A stretch of DNA of 63,772 bases, the filler included, from Diploschistes diacapsis (Eukaryota), in NCBI GenBank assembly GCA_023645945.1. It is 24 parts of 24 records of this genome, joined end to end, with 100 filler letters (N's around TTAATTAATTAA, not from the genome) between each part and the next. Parts side by side here need not be neighbours in the genome. Positions count along the whole stretch, not along the records: positions 37,908 to 56,625 come from JALAIB010000400.1; positions 56,726 to 57,817 come from JALAIB010004000.1; positions 57,918 to 59,008 come from JALAIB010004001.1; positions 59,109 to 60,199 come from JALAIB010004002.1; positions 60,300 to 61,390 come from JALAIB010004003.1; positions 61,491 to 62,581 come from JALAIB010004004.1; positions 62,682 to 63,772 come from JALAIB010004005.1; 17 more parts are not named here. One strand, written 5' to 3'. Within the stretch, counting starts at the first letter, position 1; each line of letters begins with the position of its first letter. Under the pieces are notes generated by a model. The model was not told the DNA's origin. It did not search any database and was given only the letters and a program-made list of their open reading frames with translations. Below, piece after piece: positions 53,552 through 63,772 of this stretch. A program made the translations under genes and the position numbers.

Positions 53552-54823
53552 ATGTTAAAGTCTTATAACATACCGGTGGACTCGGACGCACAGTACGGCC
53601 TTAATGCACCCCTGCCACATAGATCATACAATCCTCTCGACCAGTTTGTTGGGATGTCGAGGGCAAAGTACTTTCCCTTCGCCACGGAGTTTGGTCTGCA
53701 GCAACTTTCAGCGGGTAGTGCATCAACAGTGACATCCGGCAACCCAGTGATCCGAGACGCCGTCTACTTCAGCATTGACTTTGAAACAACATGCCATCTG
53801 GCAGCGGACCCGGGCATGATCTGTGAGGTTGGACTGTCCTTCCTGGACAGTCGTCAAGTAAGAGGATTGGCGCCTGGCGACCGTGCTCAAAACTGGCGTC
53901 GGAAGGTTGACTCAGTGCACATACACATCGAGTCTGTCCCGCATGACCAATCCACCAAGCACGGGCACTACTGTTCATTGAGCAGGCACGTGTTCGCCTT
54001 CCATGTCTCGAAAAAGGTTAAGGACATCGAGGAGTTAAAGGTTGAGTTGAAACGGTTAGTTAATGATAAAGCCTTTGTGCGTGATACAAAGAAGGGCGAG
54101 CGACGCCATGTCGTGCTGATTGGATGGGACCTCGGGTTAGAGTTGAAATGGTTGAAAGAACTGAAACTGTTTCATTCGCTGCTTAAAGTTAATGCAGCAG
54201 ACCCCGGAGCAGAAGCCGGGCTTGAGCCTAGAATGAAACCCGCAACCGAGGCTGCAACGGCGCCTGGGGCAAAGCCCTCGTTCATTTTTCCTCCCAGTGA
54301 GTTATATACAGGCTTATTGATCCAGATCAGCAAGAACGCTTACACTCCTGCAGCGGTCCTTCCTTTTGGCGTGCAGGAGCTACTGGATGTGCAGGGACTG
54401 ACGTGGTGTCGGACGAAGGGTGGAAAGGGACAGCGATATAAGCTGGACAAGGCCGTTGCAAGATTGGGCATTTTTCCTTCCCGCAATCACCTTCGTCCCG
54501 GAGAAGATGAATGGGAACCTTGTCGTCTACTCCACAACTCTGGTAACGATGCAGCCGTCACTATGCATCTCTTCATGGCCATACCTCTCCTTACAGATGA
54601 CCAGCGTGCACAGACTCTCGGCGACGGAGCGGACCTCCCTCCTGGCCCTCGCATATACAAAATGGATGCGCTCCGGCGCAATCAGAAACTGTACGGGTAT
54701 CATCTCGCACATCTTGGTGATGACAAGCCCCGTGCAGATCCCCGTCTTTCGTCAGCTAAGCCAGTGGACATTGCTAATGATTCTCCTGCCGCCCAATCCA
54801 TCAAGCAAAAAGGCGAACACTGA
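53552..54823 (+). CDS. DEDDh 3'-5' exonuclease (Gfd2/YDR514C/QIP-like), ~404 aa
   Basis: YFSIDFET (ExoI), EVGLSFLDSR, VLIGWD...EL (ExoII), LLDVQ, LHNSGNDAAVT (ExoIII); probable in-frame 57-nt intron 54297-54353. Confidence 0.85.
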   Translation: MLKSYNIPVDSDAQYGLNAPLPHRSYNPLDQFVGMSRAKYFPFATEFGLQQLSAGSASTVTSGNPVIRDAVYFSIDFETTCHLAADPGMICEVGLSFLDSRQVRGLAPGDRAQNWRRKVDSVHIHIESVPHDQSTKHGHYCSLSRHVFAFHVSKKVKDIEELKVELKRLVNDKAFVRDTKKGERRHVVLIGWDLGLELKWLKELKLFHSLLKVNAADPGAEAGLEPRMKPATEAATAPGAKPSFIFPPSELYTGLLIQISKNAYTPAAVLPFGVQELLDVQGLTWCRTKGGKGQRYKLDKAVARLGIFPSRNHLRPGEDEWEPCRLLHNSGNDAAVTMHLFMAIPLLTDDQRAQTLGDGADLPPGPRIYKMDALRRNQKLYGYHLAHLGDDKPRADPRLSSAKPVDIANDSPAAQSIKQKGEH

Positions 54824-55329
54824 ATATCTAATGAAAAGAAGGTTAGAGACTAGAAAGATCCATACTCGGAAAGATCTGTTAGATAGTAAATTGGGAGGGT
54901 ATTAAACATAATAGTATTAACACTCCCGTGGGCATTCTCAACTTTGGTGATTGAAATCGAGCCAACGTGACGTTGAAAATTACTGAATTTACATTGCCCC
55001 ACCCACCCAGCACTGCTATCATAAAACCTAATCTCAAATGCACCATGGTCAATCTTCCTAGACTATCCCAATGCCTTGAGTTACTCTTCAAACATTATCA
55101 TCCTTCCTCTCAAACCAAGTTACTAGATCATCAGCATGAGCGATCCTCCATTTCTTCATTGGGCCATATTTATTATCATTAGCTTTATCTTCTCGTCCAC
55201 CTTCGGGAGGATCATTTGACGATCTAACAAGCGTAAATATTAGCCGACGCATAGGGATATTAATGGGTAAAGAGGGTTGACATGCCTTTCTTGAACGGAC
55301 ATTCATCAACCGAAACGGTTGCTTACCGA

Positions 55330-56625
55330 TGTTACAAAGCTAATATAAGATTCAATAAGGTCCTGTGGCCAGTCTAAAGAAGTTTTAAGTTAATAAACAT
55401 CTGCCGCTTCTATTAATCTTATTATGATTTGGATAAAACGGCATACGGATAATGCGAAGAACATCGTCGAAGAGATTCTGTATATAAACATCCTGGAAAT
55501 TAGCTTTAAGCAAGTTAATCATACTATAAGAAACCTCGCGATATTGTTTTGGGGACTACTTTAATGAACAGTACGGAACCGACGTCAAATTCCAGAATAT
55601 CCGACCATAAGGACGTATTGTCTAAGATTGGCAAAGAAGCCTATGGATCAAGTATTGAGAAGTGAGTGTAGATTTGTAGCTAATCTAGTGCAAAAATCTA
55701 TTATATACAGCGGTTGCCAAGCAGCATCGTCATAGATGTTGCCTGCGGGCAGCGATGTCGGCCTGCCACAAGCAATCCACCAGCAACCCACATGACTACC
55801 ACAATCTCCCCGTCCAGCAACAACCTTATGCCCTCATAAGCATGTAGCTACCTTGTATCCTTGCCAAAAGCTGTCCCAAAGCATCCTCCTTTGGACCCAT
55901 CGTCCTGGACACAAACCTACGACAAAAGTGTCCACAAAAGCTCCAAAAGCAAAACAACTTTGGCTCTTTTTAAGACGTGAAAACCCTTGTAATCGTCCTC
56001 GATGTCCTTATCCATCCTACTCTTACTCTTGTTCTACCTCTGTAAGGTCTTCATGGTTCCTCTCGTAATCGGCGACGAGGTCTTTGGCATGCCGCAGTAG
56101 CTTCTTTGACGATATCCACATATACTCGCTAGCGTCATATCCCGTCCAACGTACTAAATACTCAGTCCTCCATCCTCTGCCTCTTCTTAATCTTCTCTTA
56201 GCCAGCAATCTGTCCACTTCGTAGTATCCCTCCTCCAAGTCGATAGTCATAGGCGGTAGAGGCAGGGGTCGGTGGTGGTAGAGGTCGTCGGCGGGGTCTG
56301 GGACAGGTTCTAGATGCGCTATGCTGATAATATCGTGTATCTTATAATGTTCGGGGAGATCCAGTCTGTAAACGAGTTAATTTATTCGTTTAAAAACTTT
56401 GAAAGAATTAGTAAATTATAGCAAAAGCTTCCTATTTAGAATTATAAACATCTTATATTCTTTATATAATCGTAATATCGCAAAATCCTTTTCGCGTATA
56501 AATAGAACGATTTAGGAATATTATTTATTTTTTATTTTAATTATATATAATATGTCTGTTAAGCTGTTTAATTTATATCTAATTTTTATAATAATTGATA
56601 TATATTATATATATAAGTTATAATG
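55330..56625 (-). mobile_element. 3' end of a chromoviral Ty3/Gypsy element: integrase tail, chromodomain, PPT and 3' LTR (~55330-55803)
   Basis: Chromodomain YEVDRLLAKRR...EYLVRWTGYDASEYMWI at 56023-56250; minus-strand PPT GGGGAGAT precedes TGTGGTAG; LTR ends ...TGTAACA. Confidence 0.8.
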
Positions 56626-58379
56626 NNNNNNNNNNNNNNNNNNNNNNNNNNNNNNNNNNNNNNNNNNNNTTAATTAATTAANNNNNNNNNNNNNNNNNNN
56701 NNNNNNNNNNNNNNNNNNNNNNNNNAATATATCATGAGGAGCGGTTTTGTGCGTAAGGTTTAATAAAAATATAAAAAAACGTTTTATCCACGTTATACGG
56801 TCGTTGTGTGACCTTTTCCATCATTTTTCAGTCATCTTAGAAAATTTAGATTAAGCGAAAACTAGCCGTTATATGGCAAATTATTTAAAATCTTTCGGAT
56901 TTTGAAGAATAAAGCCACACAACGACTGTATAACGTCGAAAAAATGTTTTTTTTTATATTTTTATTAAACTTTACGCATTAAACCACTCGTTATAATAAC
57001 GTGTTTCACGGGGATTCCGGCCACCCCTAGATTCCGGCCACCTCAAATCACTACCGTTAACATTCTACGGTTATTAGATACAATCTTTTCGTCGCATTTA
57101 GAATCTAATCGATCTAAATCGAATCTATTTTCTTTCTTTTTATCCTTCTCGATTTTAGAAACGCGACGATATTTTTTACGCGTTATGAATTATTTCGAAA
57201 TTATCCGACTCGATTTAATCCTAATTTTTGGGCAACGCATGTATTGAAGTCTAGATATCTAGAGGTCTAGCTAGAAGGAAGAGTCTACATGCAAGCTCTT
57301 ATACCAATAGGATCCACTAAGCCCTATAGACTTGCACTACTCCCGATTAGGATTAGTAGGAACCCCAGTAGGTTCAACTGAACTGAACCTGAACCTAAGA
57401 TTCAGCTGAACTTCCCAGCCATGCATTCTATCTACCTACTCAACACTTCCTTACGGACGGAATTATCGGCATATTTATTTAATCCAATTAAATGCCTTCT
57501 GTATTAATTCAAGTCCTTTAATAAACATGTCGTGTTTAGCGTAGTTTAGTGATTTCGTTAATCCGTCGGTAATTATTTTATTTATAAGTATATAAATAAT
57601 ATTAATACGGTCTCGTTTAATTAAATCCCGTATATAATAATAAATAATATCGATATGTTTTAATCTATCGTTGATCCTCGCGTGCTTTATTAAATCTAAA
57701 GAACCAATATTATTTCTTAATAATTTAATAGTAAATAAAAATAGTCCTATAAATTTTAAATATTTAATGTTTTTTAAAAACTATGCGTATCATACGGCCT
57801 ACTTTACGGTATATAATNNNNNNNNNNNNNNNNNNNNNNNNNNNNNNNNNNNNNNNNNNNNTTAATTAATTAANNNNNNNNNNNNNNNNNNNNNNNNNNN
57901 NNNNNNNNNNNNNNNNNATACTTACTAAATCTAGAATATTTTGCTTATATTTAGCTAGAATACGGCTAATCTATTACCTAATTTTTATTAATTAACATAT
58001 CTCACACGTATGAAGTGCGATACGGATAAAATTAACGAGAATTATAACTTTATACAGATTTTAGAACTTCTTGGGTTTTATATGGGTTATACGTGCGTAT
58101 CATAGTTGATAATTGTTTTTATTAAATTGAACTTTTGGGTTTAATTTAGGTTTAGGTTCAGTTATTAGATACGTAATTATTTTATACGTATGTTCTTTTT
58201 TTATAATCTTGTTCGAGTAATAGACTTTATTCTTTTTCTTATATATAAGAACGATCCGACCGTTCTTGTCGTATAAATATAAATTTTTTTGATTAAAACT
58301 CTCTCGTAATCCTGTTTTATATAACTTTTATTCCGATATAAAGTTTATTTTTAATTTAAGTATGTATATTATATATCTT

Positions 58380-58560
58380 TGTAAGACCAAGCAAGGAGCA
58401 TGCCAAGAGTCGGACAAGCGGCACTCAGGGTCTTGGCTTGCGGGTACTTAAAGAGGGATTTTGCCCTTCTTACTCTCTCCTTTTCTTTAATAATTAATCC
58501 TAGCATGAACCTACCCTACGTATAGCTATCTTATTACATTATCGTATTCTATCCCTTACA
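58380..58560. mobile_element. LTR family E (181 bp)
   Basis: TGTAAG...CTTACA termini; second copy at 61010-61190 with the same downstream internal sequence. Confidence 0.75.
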
Positions 58561-61500
58561 GTTTTAATTACTTTACCTTTCTTAAAGACGACGATCCGAT
58601 GAGATGGCACGTTCTTCGCAACGTACACGTAAAACAAACCCACGCAACAAAATTAAAATAAAAGAAAGTGAAGGAAAAGAAAGAAATAAACGATCTAAAA
58701 CTATTTCATTTAATAAAAAAGATTTAGATCGTATCGAGTAACAAGAACGAAACTCGTAATCTAAAGATAAAGTAACAGTAGGCGAATCGCTAAAATAAGA
58801 AGATAGATTAAAATCTATATTAAAAAATATATTAAAAATAATAAAAAACATAGTATTAAAAATGAGACAAGATATAAAGCTTAAAGAAAGCTAGGTAATA
58901 GAGGCGAGAAAAAATACCCTCGTCGAGAAAGTAAAAAGAATTGCTGTTAAAATAGCATTAATAATCGAAATGATATATAAGCGATAAGTAAACTAAAATC
59001 ATTTAAATNNNNNNNNNNNNNNNNNNNNNNNNNNNNNNNNNNNNNNNNNNNNTTAATTAATTAANNNNNNNNNNNNNNNNNNNNNNNNNNNNNNNNNNNN
59101 NNNNNNNNAGAATAAATATAGATTTTTAATTTAGAGACGAGGGATGCTTATTTTTAGGAATAAATGATTAAAATCTTTAAAGATTTTAAAAAATATTATG
59201 TAATAATACGTTAAGGGAAATATAACGCCTTTTAAGTTTAAAAAAAGAATTTCTTTTCTGTCTTTTTAAGAACGAAATACGATTGTTAAAAAACATAAAG
59301 ATAAATATCACTTCCGGACGAGAATCTAGACGTAAATAAAGAAAAGAACGAGAAAAAAGATTAAATAAATAACCTTAGTCTAACCTTAGAGGAGATAGGG
59401 TTTAAAAAGGATAAAAAAAAGAAAGCGGGGAGGACCTTATGGAAGAATAAGTACGGATGAATAGAAGTAACGGATGAATGACGAAAAAGAATAGGAGAAA
59501 GGGACATATAGATTGGGCGGAGGAATAAGATTGAGGATTAGATACTGAAAGTGAGCCTATAGATATTTAAATTGTAAATGAAAAGAAAGAAACATAAAGA
59601 AAGTTTGAAGAAAGATGGAATTATTCTGATTAAAGGTTATATAACTAGGAGTCGGAGTTAGTATTATAAGACTTTAAAGGTTTATAATAGGGTATTATTT
59701 ATTACTTACGCGGTTGTTTGCTTTATTTATTAGCTTTATAGCATTCTTGCTTTTCCGTCTAATTTGTTTATTTGTTTTTTTATGTGATTTGCTTGCTTGC
59801 CTGTTGTTGACTGCTTGAGAAGTGTAACGAGGAAGGAGAAGGGAGAGAGAAGAAAGGAGAGGACGTGTGTTATGATCTCTATCTCTACAACGTAGACACG
59901 AGGTATTGATCAAGGTGGGTTTGGTCTCTGGTAGAAGAGGAATATGGAAAGAAAAGAAATAGACCGGTAATAAGTCTGTTCTAATCTTTAAAAAGATTGT
60001 TTTTTATAAATAAAAAATAACGAATATAAATTAATCTCGAGTAATCGTTAAAGATATTTATAAAAATAAATATATTCCGATTTATAAAAGTTATAACGCG
60101 TTCTTATATAATTAATTATTTCTTAATAAAATAAATTAATAAATAAATAGAATTACCGTTCTTCCGTTTTATTTACGAAAGATAAAATAACTCTCAAGAN
60201 NNNNNNNNNNNNNNNNNNNNNNNNNNNNNNNNNNNNNNNNNNNTTAATTAATTAANNNNNNNNNNNNNNNNNNNNNNNNNNNNNNNNNNNNNNNNNNNNT
60301 GAACGTCGCTAAATGAACCTTAAGTTCGCTAATTATGAACTCAAGGAAAACACGACTATTTAGTGTTGAAAGTGGTGGAAGTTTTTAATAGATAACTGAT
60401 GATTAGGAGTGTATTCTTTAGTTAGTTTTAACTAGGGAATAATTCTAGTCTGCCTAGCCAGGTAGCTGACTATTACACAGTGATAATATATTGAAGAGGT
60501 TGAAGGTTATAACTAAGAACGATGGAGGGTGAGAGGCCTTTTATAGGCACATTTCACGCTAGTGTGATTAGTAATAACTTAATCTAGAATGTTTCTTATC
60601 CTTCTAAATCATTCCATGAATTAGTAAGACGAATATTCTAGAATATTCTAGAATATTCTATAATATTCCATAATCTTCGATGATATTCTATTATGTTCCA
60701 GAATATTCTAGAACCTTTTAGAACCTTCTAGAACCTTCTAGAATATTCGAACATGCTAGAAGCTTAGTAAGCAATCTGACTAACCTATTTAGGTTAGTAT
60801 TCTGACATTCAGAAAGCATAAATACACCTAATAAAACTTTCAAAGAAGCTATCGTATGGACGAACCGAATACGCCCTAAAAATTCTTTTTCAATAATTAT
60901 TTATAGTATCGCCGCTTAACTACGAAATCATTATTGACGTCATTAATACGTAAATCGATGATGTTTCATCTGCCAATATCGATTTCGATAGATGGCTCAA
61001 CAGGTTTACTGTAAGGCCAAGCAAGGAGCATGCCAAGAGTCGGACAAGCGGCACTCAGGGTCTTGGCTTGCGGGTACTTGAAAGGGGATTTTGCCTTTAT
61101 TACTTTCTTTTTTTCTTTAGTAATTAATCTTAATATAAATTTACCCTACGTATAATTATCTTATCATATTATCGTATTTTATTTTTTATAATTTTAATTA
61201 TTTTATCTTTCTTAAAGACAACGATCCGATAAGATAGCACGTTTTTTATAACGTATACGTAAAATAAACTTACGCAATTAAATTAAAATAGAAAAAAATA
61301 AAAGAAAGGAAAGAAGTAAACGATCTAAAATTACTTTATTTAACAAAAAAGATTTAAATTATATCGAATAATAAGAATGAAACTCGCAGTNNNNNNNNNN
61401 NNNNNNNNNNNNNNNNNNNNNNNNNNNNNNNNNNTTAATTAATTAANNNNNNNNNNNNNNNNNNNNNNNNNNNNNNNNNNNNNNNNNNNNTTTTTAATAA

Positions 61501-61743
61501 ATTTTATTAATAGTTTTATTATCTTTAAATAGTCTTTAATAAATTATCGATTATAATTAACGAATTTTAAAAAAGATTGAATATCTTTTACGTTCTTTAA
61601 AATTTATTATTTAAAAATCGATTATATTTTCTTCGGATTAATTTTAACGTTTTTTCGTTTTATAACGTGTTTTAAGAAATCGATTTCTGTTTTATAAAAT
61701 ACGTATTTTTTTGATTTTAAGCGAAGTTCGTATTTATCGAATC

Positions 61744-61958
61744 TGTTGAGCAGACAGGCAGAAGGCATGGCTGGGAGTCTAACTAAGTTCCAGAGGGAGG
61801 TTCAGTTTAGCTGAATCTCCTGGAATCCCAACTAGACCGGTTTAGGAATAGTGTAAATAGTAGAACTTAGCGTATCCCATAAGGATAAAAGTCTATAAAG
61901 TAAAATAATCTCCTAGATAGACCTTTAGACTTTAATATATCTATTACGTTGTTAAATA
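61744..61958 (+). mobile_element. Copia LTR family C, probably a 5' LTR followed by GGTTATGAACCC and RIPped gag
   Basis: Homology to 6258-6500; GGTTATGA follows the LTR as in fungal Copia elements. Confidence 0.7.
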
Positions 61959-62681
61959 GGTTATGAACCCGAATTAGCACCTACTTTATTACGCTTAATC
62001 GTTTATTAAAATTACGTTTCCCGGCAGTTATTACGGTTATAAACGCGGGTACCGATTACGTTATCTAACGTAAATTAAATCGAAAAGATCTAAAAACCTA
62101 GGATCTGAATTATAAGACCTTAAAGTGGGTTGATTTAAAGATAGAAGTTATATTATTTTAAAAGAACGCGGGACCTTAATACGCTGGCCTAGGGTAAACC
62201 TAAATAAGAAGTAATTGGATCCAGATATCATCTATACAGGCCAACGAAAAACAATCTTCTTTTCTTCCTCGCCAATATCGAAGTTCAGCTGAACCACGCT
62301 GAACCTTTCGAGTACTTTTATTTCTACTAAAGAAGATCATTTTTTATATTATTTATCAATCACTTACTAACTACGAGTCATTCATTCAATAAATCTTTTT
62401 TATTTACGAAAAAATAATAACAAGATGAACGACATCTTATCTAAGAAACGGATTGCTTTTATCCTAAGAAAAGAGAATCAACAGCAATAGTTCGAACTCA
62501 TACGCATATATCTTAAAAATAAAGAAATGAACTACGTTCTTAATAATTAACTACTATCGCCTATTATAGTCACTCTAGATGNNNNNNNNNNNNNNNNNNN
62601 NNNNNNNNNNNNNNNNNNNNNNNNNTTAATTAATTAANNNNNNNNNNNNNNNNNNNNNNNNNNNNNNNNNNNNNNNNNNNN

Positions 62682-63462
62682 ACGATAAATTTAACGAATT
62701 TCTAATTCAATTCACGGTACTTATTATTAAAATAAGGATCCCGAAAAAGATTAAATATTAAATATTAGAAAGAAGCTGGCCGATCGTTTTCTAATTATTT
62801 TCCTAAATAGAAACCCCGAGACGATACGGGAAATAAAAGATGAACTACACATACTCGACCGTTATCTAAAAATAAAGAATCGTACTAAGACGATTACTTT
62901 CGCGACTAATACCCGAAATAATAGTTCGTACACCCCTCGTCCCCGAAAGACCTTCAAGGATCGTAGCAAGAAAGAGACCAAGACCTTAACTGAAACAACC
63001 AGCGAAAAACCGACCATATTTATCAAAAAATGGGTCAATAACGAAACCTGTTACAATTATTATAAAAAAGGATATTTCGCTAATAATTACCCCGAGCGAG
63101 AACCTAAGTCGGGAAAAAAATAGCTTCCATATAAACCTTGGATGGAGGATCTAACGAATAAGTAAGCGATAACGACGACGAATCGTCTTAATAATATAAT
63201 TAAACGATCATAAAAGCTTTAAAAAAAAGTTTTCAACGGCGCCTACCTTTACGTCAGATGTAATATTAAATAAAAGATATAAGAACTTTCGTACCCTAAT
63301 ATTAATCGATACGAGAATTAACGGAATATACTTTATCGATAAAGAATTTGCCGAATAATTCGCGAAACGATTTAATCTCGCTCCGATTAAACTATTTAAA
63401 AAGATAGGCAACATTTATATCAATAATAAACTTTAGAAATCTATTATTCACGCCCTTTATCT
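62682..63462 (+). mobile_element. RIPped Gypsy gag-pol junction
   Basis: TCYNYYKKGYFANNYP (RIPped CCHC knuckle), GGGAAAAAA slippery-like site, then ILIDTRINGIYFID (protease-like). Confidence 0.7.
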
Positions 63463-63772
63463 TAGGCTGGCCGTTTCGTGCCACGGTCACTGACACGGAC
63501 ACTGTAGCAAAAATTTTTAAAACACGGACACTGACACGGACACTATATTATAATAAAAGCACGGTGTTATGATCTCTATCTATACAAGATATACACGAGT
63601 AGGATTAAGGTGGGTTTGGTTTCTGTTAGAAGAGGAGTGTGGTAGAAGAAGAAGATAGAACAGTTATAGATCTTAGATTATTTCTAGAAAGAAGGTTCTA
63701 AAGTGATAGAAATAACAAATATAGATTAATCCCGAATAATGATTTAAAATATTTATAAAAATAAACACGTCC

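Larger units (their letters stand above)
40962..54334. repeat. Dispersed palindrome family CTTRYTGATC-NN-GATCARYAAG (~16 copies)
   Basis: Copies at about 40962, 41437, 41545, 46116 (partial), 46430, 46487, 47266, 47799, 48187, 49018, 49095, 49171, 49950, 51716, 53499 and 54311; half-sites at ~40901 and ~41311. Confidence 0.93.
40083..55329 (+). mobile_element. Putative large mobile or endogenous viral-like element (three genes, private repeats); right end interrupted by a Gypsy insertion
   Basis: Abrupt change from RIPped to un-RIPped DNA, subterminal direct repeats, ~16 private palindromes, and only atypical nucleic-acid-processing genes. Confidence 0.6.

Noticed and set aside
40083..55329. 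Starship, Helitron, Academ or Polinton assignment for the island
   Set aside because: I see no tyrosine recombinase motifs, HUH/PIF1, RecQ, DDE transposase, PolB or capsid gene in the visible part. The missing right portion could still hold one.
1095..62681. Regularly spaced identical TTAATTAATTAA repeats separated by ~1.09 kb unique segments (array-like)
   Set aside because: They are N-flanked artificial linkers. Slowly decreasing contig sizes, with an 18.7 kb contig after every ten small ones, indicate name-sorted concatenation.

Overview
Filamentous-ascomycete (Pezizomycotina-type) genomic DNA made of 24 separate contigs joined by artificial N44-TTAATTAATTAA-N44 linkers, so adjacency across linkers means nothing. 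Most ~1.09 kb contigs are AT-rich, RIP-mutated transposon debris: Gypsy and Copia LTRs, pogo/Tc1-mariner ends and MITEs. Two short contigs hold gene fragments (an SDR and a Nudix hydrolase). Large contig 7164-25884 is ordinary euchromatin: an NB-ARC/TPR NLR-like gene, a CVNH lectin, an SDR, a secreted Ser/Thr-rich protein and a GNAT pseudogene. Large contig 37908-56625 is the interesting one. Inside RIPped retroelements sits a ~15 kb un-RIPped island (~40083-55329) with three co-oriented spliced genes: a ~1361-aa protein of unknown function, a divergent SNF2 ATPase and a DEDDh exonuclease. The island has five copies of a 27-bp direct repeat at its left end. It also has about 16 copies of a 22-26 bp dyad (CTTRYTGATC-NN-GATCARYAAG) found only in intergenic DNA and introns, three of them spaced 76-77 bp apart. 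I infer a large, possibly undescribed mobile element or endogenous viral-like element; no database search was run.
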